From contig JBHLOI010000004.1 in assembly GCA_048940645.1 (NCBI GenBank), forward strand, positions 54,688 through 118,687: DNA of 64,000 nt, given 5' to 3'. Positions 29,439-41,510 of this stretch are shown here, piece by piece. This DNA comes from Promethearchaeota archaeon. GTDB taxonomy: Archaea > Asgardarchaeota > Lokiarchaeia > Sigyniarchaeales > SOKP01. Every line of letters starts with the position of its first letter. The stretch's first letter is position 1. A program made the translations under genes and the position numbers. Under the pieces are notes generated by a model, which was not told the DNA's origin, ran no database searches, and was given only the letters and a program-made list of their open reading frames with translations.

Positions 29439-31325
29439 ATGGGAAAAATAATTGGTATCGATTTAGGAACTTCAAATTCTGCTGCTGCCGTATTGATTGG
29501 TGGTAAACCAACCATTATTCCTAGTGCAGAAGGTAATACATTAGGGGGTAAAGCATTCCCCTCAGTCGTAGCATTTACGAAAGATGGACAGAGATTAGTC
29601 GGTGAGCCAGCACGAAGACAAGCTATTTCAAATCCAGATCGAACTATAACAGCTATTAAACGTAAAATGGGCACTTCTTACAAGGTGACAATTGATAAAA
29701 AGGATTATACCCCACAGGAAATTTCAGCAATGATTTTAAGAAAGATCAAAGAAGATGCTAGCGCTTATTTAGGTGAAGAAGTGACTGAGGCAATAATTAC
29801 TGTTCCAGCTTACTTTAATGATAATCAAAGACAAGCTACGAAAGATGCGGGAAGGATCGCGGGATTGAACGTTAAGCGTTTAATCAACGAACCCACTGCC
29901 GCTGCCGTCGCTTATGGATTAGATAAGAAAGACGCTAGATTAAAAATTGCTGTTTTAGATCTTGGTGGAGGTACTTTTGATGTCACTATAATGGAAATGG
30001 ATAATCATGTATTCGAAGTTATTTCCACAGCTGGAGATACTCAACTTGGTGGTACAGATATGGATAGAATTCTTGTTGATTACATAATTGATGAGTTTAA
30101 AGCCAAAGAAGGTGTTGAATTGAGAAAAGATTCAATGGCAATGCAAAGAATAAGAGAAGCTGCAGAACAAGCTAAAATTGAGTTATCAACCTCAATTACA
30201 ACTGATATAAATCTACCGTACATTACAGCTACAGATTCAGGCCCTAAACATCTTAATTTGTCAATTACAAGAGCAAAGTTAGAACAATTGATAGAACCTG
30301 TTTTGAAAAGATTAGAAGCTCCAATTATCAAAGCTCTGAACGATGCAAATCTCAAGAAAGGTGAAGTTGATAAAGTAATATTAGTAGGTGGACCCACAAG
30401 AATGCCAAGTATTCAAGAGAAGTTTGAGAAATTCTTAGGTAGAACACCAGAAAGAAGTATTGATCCTATGGAATGTGTTGCTATTGGTGCTTCAATTCAA
30501 GGTGGAGTTTTAACTGGTGAAGTCAAAGATTTGCTACTTTTAGATGTGACTCCATTATCTTTAGGAGTTGAAACATTAGGTGGTGTTTTTACCAAATTAA
30601 TTGAAAGAAATACTACGATTCCAACTAAAAAAACTGAAATTTTTAGTACAGCTGCTGATAATCAACCTGCAGTGGAAATTCATGTTTTACAAGGAGAGAG
30701 ACCTAGAGCTGCAGATAACATAACATTAGGTAAGTTTCATTTGACCGGAATTCCTCCAGCACCAAGGGGTATGCCTCAAATCGAAGTTACTTTTGATATA
30801 GATCAAAATGGTATCTTAAATGTATCTGCAAAAGATAAAGGAACGGGAAAAAGTCAAAGTATAACTATTACTGCTTCAACAAAAATGTCTGAAGATGATA
30901 TCGAACAAAAAATAAGAGAAGCGGAGCGAAATGCTGAAGAGGATAGGAAGTTCAAAGAACTAACTGAAGCTAAAAATCAAGCAGAAGCTCTGATATATCA
31001 AACAGAGAAACTTATTAAAGAAAACGAGGCTGGAATCGGAGATTTGAAATCAATGATTCTCGAAAAAATTTCAGATTTACGAAGTGCTATGGAATCAGAT
31101 GATCTCCCCAGAATTAAAAGCGCAACAGAAGCTTTGCAAAGTTCATTACATGAGGTTTCAGCTCGTATTTATGGGCAACAACAAGCTGCATATCAAGGAG
31201 CCCCACCTGGAGGTATGGGTGGAGCAAATCCAGGATCTCAGGGAAAAACTCAAGACGAAATCGAAGAAGAGCAATTTAGACGTGCTACTGGGCAAGATAA
31301 TGTTGTAGATGCAGAATATGAATAA
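29439..31325 (+). CDS. dnaK: Hsp70 chaperone DnaK (archaeal/Gram-positive type, no subdomain IB insert)
   Basis: [26 protein letters not shown] and DVTPLSLG motifs; ends VVDAEYE. Confidence 0.99.
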   Translation: MGKIIGIDLGTSNSAAAVLIGGKPTIIPSAEGNTLGGKAFPSVVAFTKDGQRLVGEPARRQAISNPDRTITAIKRKMGTSYKVTIDKKDYTPQEISAMILRKIKEDASAYLGEEVTEAIITVPAYFNDNQRQATKDAGRIAGLNVKRLINEPTAAAVAYGLDKKDARLKIAVLDLGGGTFDVTIMEMDNHVFEVISTAGDTQLGGTDMDRILVDYIIDEFKAKEGVELRKDSMAMQRIREAAEQAKIELSTSITTDINLPYITATDSGPKHLNLSITRAKLEQLIEPVLKRLEAPIIKALNDANLKKGEVDKVILVGGPTRMPSIQEKFEKFLGRTPERSIDPMECVAIGASIQGGVLTGEVKDLLLLDVTPLSLGVETLGGVFTKLIERNTTIPTKKTEIFSTAADNQPAVEIHVLQGERPRAADNITLGKFHLTGIPPAPRGMPQIEVTFDIDQNGILNVSAKDKGTGKSQSITITASTKMSEDDIEQKIREAERNAEEDRKFKELTEAKNQAEALIYQTEKLIKENEAGIGDLKSMILEKISDLRSAMESDDLPRIKSATEALQSSLHEVSARIYGQQQAAYQGAPPGGMGGANPGSQGKTQDEIEEEQFRRATGQDNVVDAEYE

Positions 31326-31404
31326 TTCCATTTTTTTTAATTTTATTTTTTATTTTATATTAATTCACGATTATTATGATAATTATTAAATAAAGGGGTT
31401 AAAA

Positions 31405-32418
31405 ATGGCTAAAGATTATTATAAAATTTTAGGTATCCCAAAAAAGGCTACAAAAGAAGAAATAAAAAGAGCATTTCGAAAAATGGCTCGGAAGTATCAC
31501 CCAGATGTAAATCCAGATGAGCCAAAATCAGGTGAAACTTTCAAAGAAATAAACGAGGCTTATAGTATTTTAAGTGATGACAAAAAGAGGGAAATGTATG
31601 ATAAGTTTGGTGTAGTAGATGGAGATCCTTCAACATTCCAACAATGGGGACAGGGATTTCCTGGAGGAGGAAGAACATATAGAAGTCCAGATGGAAGCAC
31701 AACTTATTACTATTCAAACTCGGGTAACCCTGGAGGATTTGATTTTAGTGAAATCTTTGGAAATAATAAATCTTCAAATGGGAGATTTGGAGGATTTGAT
31801 TTTTTCAATGATTTAGGAGATATTTTTGATGTATTTACGAAAAGAGGTACTGGTAGTACGAGAGCTCGTGCCCCATCATATAATTATCCAAGAGAAGGAG
31901 ATGATCTACGATATGATATGGAGATTGAGTTTATGGATGCTTTTTATGGAGGGAAAAAGAAGATTCAATATAAAGATCCAAAAGCTGGCCAAATGAAGAC
32001 CTTAACAGTCAATATACCTAAAGGTATTAGGGATGACCAAAAATTAAGATTAAAGGGAAAAGGAATGCCTGGAGAAAATGGAGGTTCTCCTGGAGATTTG
32101 TATATTGCAGTTCACATAAAGGAACATCCTCTTTTTGAAAGAAAAGGTGATGATCTTTATATAGAACGTGAGATCCCTTTCTCAGTTGCAAGTTTGGGAG
32201 GAAAAACTCAAGTTCCTGGTATTGAAAAAACATTAAATGTAACAATACCTCCTGGAACAAGCGATTCATCTACACTAAGATTGAAAAATCAAGGATTTTT
32301 CAAAATTAATTCAAATGAAAGAGGAAATTTATTAATTAGAATAAAAATTAAGATTCCTGAAAAATTGAGTAAAACCCAAAAACAATTAATTGAACAATTA
32401 AGAGCAGCCGGATTATAA
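31405..32418 (+). CDS. dnaJ: Class B J-domain protein (CbpA/DnaJ2-like, no zinc finger)
   Basis: J domain with HPD, a G/F-rich region and a C-terminal domain (GDLY). No CxxCxGxG repeats. Confidence 0.9.
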   Translation: MAKDYYKILGIPKKATKEEIKRAFRKMARKYHPDVNPDEPKSGETFKEINEAYSILSDDKKREMYDKFGVVDGDPSTFQQWGQGFPGGGRTYRSPDGSTTYYYSNSGNPGGFDFSEIFGNNKSSNGRFGGFDFFNDLGDIFDVFTKRGTGSTRARAPSYNYPREGDDLRYDMEIEFMDAFYGGKKKIQYKDPKAGQMKTLTVNIPKGIRDDQKLRLKGKGMPGENGGSPGDLYIAVHIKEHPLFERKGDDLYIEREIPFSVASLGGKTQVPGIEKTLNVTIPPGTSDSSTLRLKNQGFFKINSNERGNLLIRIKIKIPEKLSKTQKQLIEQLRAAGL

Positions 32419-32437
32419 AGAGGTGGGAAAAAAAGTG

Positions 32438-35053
32438 ATGAAATTCGATAAATTTACGATAAAAGTTCAAGAGGCTCTTATGGCTGCAAGATCATTAGCT
32501 CAAACTAATGATAATCAGCAAATTGAACCAATTCATTTACTAATCTCTTTAATAGAGCAACAAGATGGTGTTACTACTCCATTACTACAGAAATTAGGGA
32601 TAAATATCTCAAATTTATTACACAATTTGAATGAAGATTTAGAAAAATTACCGAAGGTGACTGGATCAGGAGCAACTGATGTAGTTTTATCGCGAAATTC
32701 TGGAAAATTATTTGATAATGCGTGGAAAGAAGCTGAATCTATGAAAGATCAATTCCTAAGTACAGAACATTTAATTTTAGCTATGTCTAAAGACCAAGCT
32801 TTACCTATTTATTCTATTTTAAAAAAATTTGGAATAACTAGCGATAGAATTTTACAAGCATTAACTTCCATACGAGGAAGCCAAACTATTACGGATCAAG
32901 ATCCAGAGGGGAAATATCAAGCAATTGAAAAATACAGTCGCAATCTTACGGATTTAGCGAGAAGGGGGAAAATTGATCCCGTTATTGGAAGAGATGATGA
33001 AATAAGAAGAGTAATGCATATCCTCTCAAGAAGAACCAAAAACAATCCCGTTTTAATAGGAGAAGCTGGTGTCGGAAAAACTGCAATTGTTGAAGGATTA
33101 GCGCAACGTATTGCTAATGATGATGTTCCAGAATCTTTAAAGAATAAAGATATAATTGCAATGGATTTAGCTGCAATGGTTGCGGGTGCTAAGTATCGCG
33201 GGGAATTTGAAGATCGTTTAAAAGCATTTCTTAAAGAAGTAGAAAAGGGAGCAGGAAAATATGTATTATTTATTGATGAATTACATACTTTAGTCGGGGC
33301 AGGTGCGGCTCAAGGGGCTATTGATGCGTCAAATATGTTAAAGCCCGCATTAGCAAGAGGAGAATTACGGGCGATTGGAGCAACTACCATAGATGAATAT
33401 AGGAAGTATATAGAAAAAGATGCTGCATTAACACGAAGATTTCAGACTGTATTTGTAGAAGAACCTAATGTAGAAGATTCAATAGCCATTTTGAGGGGAT
33501 TAAAAGAGAAGTATGAAATCCATCATGGAGTAAGAATAACTGATTCAGCAATTATAGCAGCTGTTATGTTATCACATAGGTATATTGCTGATCGTTTTTT
33601 ACCAGATAAGGCTATTGACCTAATGGATGAGGCTGCATCAAGATTGCGAATTGAGATAGATAGTATGCCAACGGAAATAGATGAAATAGAACGAAAGATT
33701 ATTCAATTAGAAATTCAAAAAGAGGCTTTAAAAAAAGAGAATGCTAAATCGATAAAAGAAAAAATGGAGAAATTGGATGAGGAACTGCATAATCTTCGAG
33801 AAGAAAGCGATAAGTTAAAAATTCAATGGAATAACGAAAAAAATTTCATATCAAAAATCAATGAAATTAAAAAGAAAATGGAAGAAACTAAAATTGAAGC
33901 TGAAAGAGCTGAAAAACGAGGAGATCTTGAAAAAGCTGCGGAATTAACTTATGGAGTTTTAAACCAACTAAAAAAAGATTTAGTACAATATAATTCTGAG
34001 TTAAATGAGATTCAAGAAAATAAAACAATGTTAAAGCAAGAGGTTGATGAAGAAGATATCGCAAAAATTGTTTCACAATGGACAGGAATTCCTGTTTCAA
34101 GAATGTTAGAAGGTGAGCGTGATAAATTATTAAAAATGGAGGATCGTTTGGGGAAGAGAGTAATTGGTCAAGATGAAGCATTGAATATAATTTCAAATGC
34201 TATTAGAAGGGCTAGAGCTGGAATTCAAGACCCAAATAGACCAATTGGGACATTTATTTTTATGGGGCCTACTGGAGTAGGGAAAACCGAGACTGCAAAA
34301 GCATTAGCCGAATTTCTATTTGATGATGAAAATGCCATGGTAAGAATTGATATGTCAGAATTTATGGAAAAACATAGTGTAGCTAGATTAATAGGAGCTC
34401 CTCCTGGTTATGTGGGATTTGAAGAAGGAGGATATTTAACAGAAGCAGTAAGAAGGAGACCTTACTCAGTAATTTTATTTGATGAAATTGAAAAAGCACA
34501 TCTAGAAGTTTTTAACATTCTTCTACAAATTATGGATGATGGAAGATTGACAGATGGTCATGGAAGGACTGTTGATTTTAAGAATACTATAATTATTATG
34601 ACTAGTAATATCGGTAGTCAATACATCCTCGAATCAAGAAAGGAAGATAAAGAAAAGAATAGAGAATTAATATTGAATACTCTAAAAAATTACTTCAGAC
34701 CAGAATTCTTAAATAGAGTTGATGAAATAGTCATGTTTAACTTTTTAGAAGAAGAACAAATTAAGTTAATTGTAGATATACAAATCAGGAATCTAAATAA
34801 AGTTCTCTCGGAGCATAAGATTCAAATAGAATTATCAGATGCAGCAAAAGGAGTGCTCGCTAAAAAGGGATTTGATCCTGATTATGGAGCAAGACCTCTA
34901 AAAAGAGCAATTCAAAATTTAATTCAGAATCCATTATCACTCAAGATTTTAGAAGGAGACATAATTGATGAAGATCTTATTAAAGTTGATTTAAATAAAA
35001 ATGAAAATTTTGTTTTTAAAAAAGTAGGTAAAATTTCGAGGGATTTATCATAA
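32438..35053 (+). CDS. clpB: Disaggregase ClpB
   Basis: Clp N-domain, two AAA+ modules ([16 protein letters not shown]), a long coiled-coil M domain and the GYVG pore loop. Confidence 0.97.
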   Translation: MKFDKFTIKVQEALMAARSLAQTNDNQQIEPIHLLISLIEQQDGVTTPLLQKLGINISNLLHNLNEDLEKLPKVTGSGATDVVLSRNSGKLFDNAWKEAESMKDQFLSTEHLILAMSKDQALPIYSILKKFGITSDRILQALTSIRGSQTITDQDPEGKYQAIEKYSRNLTDLARRGKIDPVIGRDDEIRRVMHILSRRTKNNPVLIGEAGVGKTAIVEGLAQRIANDDVPESLKNKDIIAMDLAAMVAGAKYRGEFEDRLKAFLKEVEKGAGKYVLFIDELHTLVGAGAAQGAIDASNMLKPALARGELRAIGATTIDEYRKYIEKDAALTRRFQTVFVEEPNVEDSIAILRGLKEKYEIHHGVRITDSAIIAAVMLSHRYIADRFLPDKAIDLMDEAASRLRIEIDSMPTEIDEIERKIIQLEIQKEALKKENAKSIKEKMEKLDEELHNLREESDKLKIQWNNEKNFISKINEIKKKMEETKIEAERAEKRGDLEKAAELTYGVLNQLKKDLVQYNSELNEIQENKTMLKQEVDEEDIAKIVSQWTGIPVSRMLEGERDKLLKMEDRLGKRVIGQDEALNIISNAIRRARAGIQDPNRPIGTFIFMGPTGVGKTETAKALAEFLFDDENAMVRIDMSEFMEKHSVARLIGAPPGYVGFEEGGYLTEAVRRRPYSVILFDEIEKAHLEVFNILLQIMDDGRLTDGHGRTVDFKNTIIIMTSNIGSQYILESRKEDKEKNRELILNTLKNYFRPEFLNRVDEIVMFNFLEEEQIKLIVDIQIRNLNKVLSEHKIQIELSDAAKGVLAKKGFDPDYGARPLKRAIQNLIQNPLSLKILEGDIIDEDLIKVDLNKNENFVFKKVGKISRDLS

Positions 35054-35117
35054 TAAATGTAATTTTTTTTGTTATTTTTTATAATTTTTTTTATAAAATA
35101 ATTAAGGTGATGTTTTA

Positions 35118-36005
35118 ATGAATGTTGTTTATAATTTGAATAAAACTATCAATTTATGCCCTGAATGTGGGGGTAATATTATTTCACTCCAGGAAACTGG
35201 AGATGTTGTTTGTAATCAATGTGGATTAGTTATGCAAGAAAAAAATGTTGATTTTTCTCATAGTGGAAGAAGAGCTTATAGTAATGAAGAAAAATCTAAA
35301 AGGGAAAGAACTGGTTCGCCAATCTCAAGCCTTGTCCCAGATATTGGATTAACCACTACTATAGATAAAAAAAAAATAGAAAATCCTGATTTAAAAAGAG
35401 CAGCGAAATGGGATACAAGAATACCTTGGAAAAAGCGGAATATACTAATTGCCACCACAGAACTTAAAAGAATTAGTACGAATTTGAATTTACCAAATCA
35501 TGTAAAGGAAGAAGCAATGCGCCTTTATAGGGAGGTATTCAAGCAAAATTTACTTCGGGGTAGATCAATAAACTCAATGATTGCTGCTTGTTTATATTAT
35601 GCAATTAGAAAATATAGATTATCTAGAACCCTGCATGAAATCTTAGAGGAAACTGCTGAAAAAGATAAAGATGTTAGACGATGTTATAGAGTGTTAATTA
35701 GAGAATTAAATTTGAAAGCGCCAAATACTAAACCAAGTGCTCTTATTCCAAGATATATTGCTGAATTAGGGTTATCTTCAGAAATTGAAAATTTAGCCAC
35801 AAAAATAGTAAAAACTTTTATTTCCAATTTTTCTAGCAGTGGAAAAGATCCGAAGGGGATAGTTGGTGGAGCTATTTATCTAGCATGTAAAATAAAGAAT
35901 AAGGGTTATACCCAGAAACAAATCGCTGATTCAATTGGGGTGACTGAGGTAACCCTTCGTTCAAGATATAAAGAATTAAGGCAAAAACTTAAAATTTCTA
36001 TATAA
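35118..36005 (+). CDS. tfb: Transcription initiation factor IIB paralogue
   Basis: CPECG...CNQCG zinc ribbon, cyclin repeats (LLRGRS, GKDP.G) and the GVTEVTLRSRYKEL HTH. Confidence 0.95.
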   Translation: MNVVYNLNKTINLCPECGGNIISLQETGDVVCNQCGLVMQEKNVDFSHSGRRAYSNEEKSKRERTGSPISSLVPDIGLTTTIDKKKIENPDLKRAAKWDTRIPWKKRNILIATTELKRISTNLNLPNHVKEEAMRLYREVFKQNLLRGRSINSMIAACLYYAIRKYRLSRTLHEILEETAEKDKDVRRCYRVLIRELNLKAPNTKPSALIPRYIAELGLSSEIENLATKIVKTFISNFSSSGKDPKGIVGGAIYLACKIKNKGYTQKQIADSIGVTEVTLRSRYKELRQKLKISI

Positions 36006-36065
36006 AAATATCAATTTTCTTTTTTTAATTATTATATTGTTTCAATATCATTTTTAAAATATATT

Positions 36066-36995
36066 CTATAGATAAGATTTAAACCTAGGGAAAAGTAATA
36101 AGGCATTTTCTTGTTCAATAGCTAAACGTGTCTCTTCGTTAAATTCTTTATAGTTTTTAATTCCTTGAATCATTTCTTTTATCTTTATTTCATGCACAAA
36201 AGGAAAATCACTCCCAAAAAGAATATGTGAAGGATTCACCAATTCAATGATGGATCGAAAAACATTCCTTGTTGCTGTTAATGCTGTACCATAATAGAGT
36301 TCCTTGAATTGTTTCATTAATCTTTTATTTCCAAAAGTGATTCGCCATGCGATATAGGGCGCTGTTCCTCCTGCATGGGCAAAAACAAATTTAATGTTAG
36401 GATACTTTTTGAAAATGCCTTGATGCATAAGATTTGAAATTGCTCGTGTTGTATCAAAAACAAATTCTAAAACAGATGATGGTAATTTAAGATTAGGTAA
36501 TTTTTCTTCAGGAGGAATATCTGGATGAATGAACACTACTGTATTTCGCCGATTCAGCTCTAAAAAGAGATCATCAAATTCAGGATCCCCAATATATTTA
36601 CCATTGAAATTTGTGAGCATTACAACCCCATCCAATTTTAATGTATCTAAAGCATACTTCAACTCTCGTAGCGAAGCCTGAAAATCAGGAATAGGTAAGG
36701 TGGCAAAACCTCCAAAACGCTCAGGATACTTTTTTATTAAGCTGGCTGAATATTCATTACAAAGGCGCGCAAGATTTCTTGTAAATTCGAGATCTCCAAA
36801 ATATATTCCTGGAGAAGATATGGAGGTTATTGCAATTGCAATACCTTGACGATCCATTAACTCAAGGCTATGCTTTGGATCCCATTTAGGGAAAGGTAAA
36901 TTAGTGACAGTAGAAATCCCAATATTAGCTAAGGATTTTAAATATTCCGGAGGGAGAATATGATGATGAATATCAATTCGATGTGATTTTATCAT
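36066..36995 (-). CDS. Amidohydrolase_2 family (ACMSD / aromatic acid decarboxylase-like)
   Basis: IDIHHH, FIHP, FDTTRA, AHAGG and FGSDFP motifs. Confidence 0.88.
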   Translation of the reverse strand: MIKSHRIDIHHHILPPEYLKSLANIGISTVTNLPFPKWDPKHSLELMDRQGIAIAITSISSPGIYFGDLEFTRNLARLCNEYSASLIKKYPERFGGFATLPIPDFQASLRELKYALDTLKLDGVVMLTNFNGKYIGDPEFDDLFLELNRRNTVVFIHPDIPPEEKLPNLKLPSSVLEFVFDTTRAISNLMHQGIFKKYPNIKFVFAHAGGTAPYIAWRITFGNKRLMKQFKELYYGTALTATRNVFRSIIELVNPSHILFGSDFPFVHEIKIKEMIQGIKNYKEFNEETRLAIEQENALLLFPRFKSYL

Positions 36996-37087
36996 AATTA
37001 CAAAATTATTTTTAATCTAAACTTAACTCTTCAATTTTTAAGTTTTTTTATACTGATATTATATAATTAGTTTTAACAATTTAAAAA

Positions 37088-38080
37088 GTGATAATCATGC
37101 TTTCGTTTGAAGAATTAGGGCTTTCAAATACAAATAAAATGTTTAAAGTAGCCTTGGAAAGGAAATTCGCTATACCTGGATATAATGCAAGCAATCTTGA
37201 GCAATTACAAGGAATTATTATTGGTTGTGGAGATTCAAATTCACCGGTCATCATTCAGATTACCCAAACTTCTTTAAAGTATGCAAATAAATCAATGATT
37301 CGATATATGGGAGAGGGTTGTGTTGAAATGTCAAAGAATTTAGGGTATGAGATTCCTATTGCTTTACATTTAGATCATGGGAGTTCCTTTGAATCGTGTA
37401 AAGCATGTATAGATATCGGTTTTTCTAGTGTGATGTTTGATGGAAGTCATTTAGAATATGAGAAGAATATTATGATAACAAAAAAGGTGGTAGATTATGC
37501 TCATCAAAGAGATGTTAGCGTAGAAGCAGAATTAGGGATTGTAGGTAGAGAAGATAAAGGAAAAGAAGTAGAAATTCAACAATACACCGATCCCAAACAA
37601 GTGGAAGATTTTGTAAATAGAACAGGATGCGATTCCTTAGCAATTGCCATAGGAACATCTCACGGAGCTTATAAATTTAAGGTAGAAAGAGCAGAAGATA
37701 TACCAGAACTAAGATTTGATATTCTCCAAGAAATAAGAAATAGATTAGGAAAATTTCCAATAGTACTTCATGGAGCATCCTCAGTCCCAAAAAAATATGT
37801 TGACATAGTTAATAATTATGGAGGGTCCTTAAAAAAGAGTTTTGGAGTGCCAGAAGTACAATTAAGAAAAGCGACTCGATATGGTGTATGTAAAATTAAT
37901 GTAGCTACAGATAGCCGTATACTATTTACAGCTATGATCAGAAAATATTTTCAAGAACACGTAGATCATTTTGATCCAAGACAATATCTTGGAGCTGCGC
38001 GTCAAGAATTAATTGAAATGATAAAAAGAAAGAATAATGAAGTGTTAGGCTCTTCAGGGCAAGCAAAATATATAAACTGA
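37088..38080 (+). CDS. fba: Class II fructose-bisphosphate aldolase
   Basis: HLDHG, SSVMFDGS, VEAELG, GTSHGAYK, LHGAS and KINV motifs. Confidence 0.95.
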   Translation: MIIMLSFEELGLSNTNKMFKVALERKFAIPGYNASNLEQLQGIIIGCGDSNSPVIIQITQTSLKYANKSMIRYMGEGCVEMSKNLGYEIPIALHLDHGSSFESCKACIDIGFSSVMFDGSHLEYEKNIMITKKVVDYAHQRDVSVEAELGIVGREDKGKEVEIQQYTDPKQVEDFVNRTGCDSLAIAIGTSHGAYKFKVERAEDIPELRFDILQEIRNRLGKFPIVLHGASSVPKKYVDIVNNYGGSLKKSFGVPEVQLRKATRYGVCKINVATDSRILFTAMIRKYFQEHVDHFDPRQYLGAARQELIEMIKRKNNEVLGSSGQAKYIN

Positions 38081-38184
38081 TTAACTTATATAAAAAAATT
38101 AATTTAAATTAATTATAATCTTATTTATTTGTTTATATTGAGATAGCTTTTTACAAAAATAAAAAATAGAGTTAAAAAAGTAAA

Positions 38185-38454
38185 TTAACCTTTCTCATAA
38201 ATCACTCCTGTCCCACCAGCCGGATACTGGAAGCTTATAGCACTAGCATCGCAGACTTGATAACACGCAGCACATTCTAAACATTTCTCTTTATAATCCT
38301 CAGAAATATATACCTTGTTATCTTTTCTACGCCATAGATTTACTAAACAAACAAGAATACATTTGCCACAATTATTACATTTATTAATATCGATTGAAAT
38401 GAACTCACCAGTTCCCTGGATATGTTTCGTTAATCTATTAATTTCAATCTTCAT
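38185..38454 (-). CDS. fixX: FixX-like ferredoxin
   Basis: CNNCGKC...C, CLECAAC...C and C-terminal YPAGGTGVIYEKG. Confidence 0.8.
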   Translation of the reverse strand: MKIEINRLTKHIQGTGEFISIDINKCNNCGKCILVCLVNLWRRKDNKVYISEDYKEKCLECAACYQVCDASAISFQYPAGGTGVIYEKG

Positions 38455-39857
38455 TTCTTTTCACTCCTCTGCTTTATCTTTTTAGGGATTAAATCCATAA
38501 TTTTTGGAATCGCAGACATTAACTTCTGAGGGTCCATTATTCTATCAAGATCATTCTCAAATATTTTTGCTACTAGAGGAAATACATACTTCATAATGAA
38601 TGGTAAAGCTTTTGGCATGTATGACTTTATATGAGCAGCAATTTGGCGTACTCGCTTCGCATGTGGCTGTGACCAATCAAAAATCCCTCCTATAACTTCC
38701 ATGAACATTGGTACAAACCAACTCATTGTCTCTTTAGGACTAAAGGGTAATGCTCTCCAGATATTATATAATTCTTCTCCTGCTTCAAATTCTTCCCCAA
38801 CACTTGTTTTTTTCCACAGTTCATCAAATTTGGAAAGTCTGCTTTTTGAAATATCTTCAGATGTAATTGCTTCAACAGCAACTTCTGCTGCAATTTTTCC
38901 TGTCACCATTGCAGGATAAATTCCTTCAGCTTCAAGAGGGCAAGGGAACCCGCCAGCATCTCCAATTAAAATTACTCCATCGGTGTGTGTATTGTATGGA
39001 TATTTTAACCAAGGAAGAAGATGTGATTGGAGTTCTCTTGGTTTAGCATCTAGAATTTTTAATAATCTTTGATAATATTTCAGACTAATAACACGATTTA
39101 GATAAAATAACGGATTTTTATCCCATTTATTTAACCAATTTCCTAAACCTTGATGAAAACCATCATGAAAGAAAACTTGATACGATGAGGGGAATGTTGC
39201 AGACCACCAAATTCCTAGTGCTTCATCTCCCATAACATCATCAATTTTATTAGAGGGTGCAAAAAAGTCATATTGAGGAACAATTGTAATTTGATCCTGA
39301 GCCCATTTTGTCCGTAAACCACTTTGTTTCGCAACCATAGAAACTGCACCATCAGCTCCAATTACAATAGGTGCTTTATATTTTTCTCCGTGTTCATCAA
39401 CTACTCCACAAATTTTTCCATCTTCTTTTAAGAGATCCACAATAAGAGTTGAGTTTTTTAACTCAGCACCTGCATCAGTAGCAAATTCAGCAATCCAAGG
39501 GTCAAATTCGCTTCTATAACAATTCATTGTAATCCAACTTTTAGCAGGTTCATAAGATACCGATTCAGTTGGACGCGCCATAATATAACCAGCTACTATT
39601 CCTTCTTTGTTAATAAAATAATTTCTGGACGCTCTCCCTGCTCTTAAAGAAGGACATTTTTCTGGAGTTAAATTTTTCATCATTGATGGGAAATCTTTCC
39701 ACATACGTGGTCCTAATCCACAACCAGAAGAATTTTTTTCACCAGGTTTTCGACCTCTTTCAAAAAATATTGTTTTAAGCCCATTTTCAGCAGCAGTTTT
39801 AGCTGCCATAGAGCCACCAGGCCCAGCACCAACAATAATTATCTCATAAGTTTTCAA
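38451..39857 (-). CDS. FixC/geranylgeranyl-reductase family flavoprotein
   Basis: GAGPGG, ERG..PGEKN (FixC-like), GADG and IGDAGG..CPLEAEGI motifs. ATGA overlap with fixX. Confidence 0.85.
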   Translation of the reverse strand: MKTYEIIIVGAGPGGSMAAKTAAENGLKTIFFERGRKPGEKNSSGCGLGPRMWKDFPSMMKNLTPEKCPSLRAGRASRNYFINKEGIVAGYIMARPTESVSYEPAKSWITMNCYRSEFDPWIAEFATDAGAELKNSTLIVDLLKEDGKICGVVDEHGEKYKAPIVIGADGAVSMVAKQSGLRTKWAQDQITIVPQYDFFAPSNKIDDVMGDEALGIWWSATFPSSYQVFFHDGFHQGLGNWLNKWDKNPLFYLNRVISLKYYQRLLKILDAKPRELQSHLLPWLKYPYNTHTDGVILIGDAGGFPCPLEAEGIYPAMVTGKIAAEVAVEAITSEDISKSRLSKFDELWKKTSVGEEFEAGEELYNIWRALPFSPKETMSWFVPMFMEVIGGIFDWSQPHAKRVRQIAAHIKSYMPKALPFIMKYVFPLVAKIFENDLDRIMDPQKLMSAIPKIMDLIPKKIKQRSEKK

Positions 39858-39994
39858 TTATTTTCCACCCAAATTTTTTAAGTATAAAAAAAATTAGATT
39901 TAATCTGTATATAAAATTCACTTAATTATAGTAATCAAAACATCTTTATTAATTAAAAAATTGTTGTTAGTTATTGCATTTTAAAGAGGATATT

Positions 39995-41470
39995 ATGAAG
40001 ATCAGCGAGAATATTTTATCTCAACAATTAGTGAAAATTTGTGGTTCTAAAAATATCACAAATAATCCAGAAATTTTAAAGGAATATTCTACAGACATGA
40101 GTTTTTTTGATGGAATAATGCCAAAATATGTTGTTTGGCCATCTAAAACGCAAGAAGTATTAAAAATTTTAAAATTAGCGAATCAAATGAATTTTTATAT
40201 TATTCCTGTAAGCTCAAGCTCTAAACTTAGACGCCATGGAGATACAATACCTAGAAAAGATAATTGTGTTATTATCGATTTATCTAAGATGAAAAAAATA
40301 ATCTCTATTGATAAGAAAAATCGTGTTGTTATGGTTGAACCAGGTGTTACTTTTAAAGATTTAATCCCTAAGCTTAAGCAAAAAGGTTTAAGATTATTAT
40401 TACCGCTCCATCCTACTGGGACAAAGTCAGTACTTACCAGTGCACTTGAAAGAGAGCCTATTATTATCCCTCGTTATCATTGGGATAGCTCAGATCCATT
40501 GTTGTGTACAGAAGTCGTTTTTGGTACAGCAGATTTATTTAGAACTGGAACAGCTGCAGGACCAGGAACAATCTCTCAGCAGCAAAAAATTGGTCAAGCT
40601 CAATTGAATCCAATGGGACCCACACAATTTAGCCCTTTTAGAGTGATACAAGGAGCACAAGGTAGTTTAGGGGTTGTTACATGGGCTACTTTGAAATTAG
40701 AATTAATTCCTACAATCCAAAAAGTATTCCATTTTCATTCGAATAAGATTGAAGAATTATTAAACTTTCAACAACAACTTGTAAAGTATAGATTATGTGA
40801 TGAAACTTTTATTTTAAATAATTTAAATTTGGCTAGTTTAATTAGAAAAGGAGGTATAGAAATAGGAAAATTAACCAAATCTCTCTTAAAATGGAATTTG
40901 ATTTTTATAATATCTGGGAGAGGAGATTTAGCCATAGATAAATTGGATTATCTTGAAGGAGATATTAATGATCTTGTAAGAGATTCTAATTTTGTACATT
41001 TAGAGAAATCTGATCTAATTAATTCTGAAACAATTTTAAAGTGTGTAAATGAATCTACTTCAGAACCATGGAGAATGAGATACAAAGGCTATTATCAAGA
41101 TATTTTCTTTCTTAGTAATTTTGAGAATATCTCTAATTATATTTTGATGGTAGAATCTAAATATTCCGAAAATTTGGGTATTTATATTCAACCTATTAAT
41201 CAAGGGACTTCATACCACTGTGAATTCGATTTTTTTTACGATCCAAATGATGAGGTTAAAATAAATGAAATAAAAAAGAAATCCGCAGAATTAAATATTG
41301 ATTTAATGGATTCTGGAGCATTTTTTAATCGTCCATATGGTTATTGGGCAAAAGAAATTTATACAAGACATATCGAACAAACTTCTATAGCTTTAAGAAA
41401 AGTCAAACAAATATTTGACCCAAATAATGTTTTGAATCCTGGGGTTCTCTGTTTTGATGATGAGTTATAG
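39995..41470 (+). CDS. FAD-binding oxidoreductase (VAO/PCMH/GlcD superfamily)
   Basis: VVWP...EV, IDLSKM, VEPGVT, QGSLGVVT and FDPNNVLNPG motifs. ATG 39995 follows GAGGA. Confidence 0.88.
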   Translation: MKISENILSQQLVKICGSKNITNNPEILKEYSTDMSFFDGIMPKYVVWPSKTQEVLKILKLANQMNFYIIPVSSSSKLRRHGDTIPRKDNCVIIDLSKMKKIISIDKKNRVVMVEPGVTFKDLIPKLKQKGLRLLLPLHPTGTKSVLTSALEREPIIIPRYHWDSSDPLLCTEVVFGTADLFRTGTAAGPGTISQQQKIGQAQLNPMGPTQFSPFRVIQGAQGSLGVVTWATLKLELIPTIQKVFHFHSNKIEELLNFQQQLVKYRLCDETFILNNLNLASLIRKGGIEIGKLTKSLLKWNLIFIISGRGDLAIDKLDYLEGDINDLVRDSNFVHLEKSDLINSETILKCVNESTSEPWRMRYKGYYQDIFFLSNFENISNYILMVESKYSENLGIYIQPINQGTSYHCEFDFFYDPNDEVKINEIKKKSAELNIDLMDSGAFFNRPYGYWAKEIYTRHIEQTSIALRKVKQIFDPNNVLNPGVLCFDDEL

Positions 41471-41510
41471 ATTTTATTTAAAAAAGAAAAAAATAAAGAA
41501 AAGAATAAAG

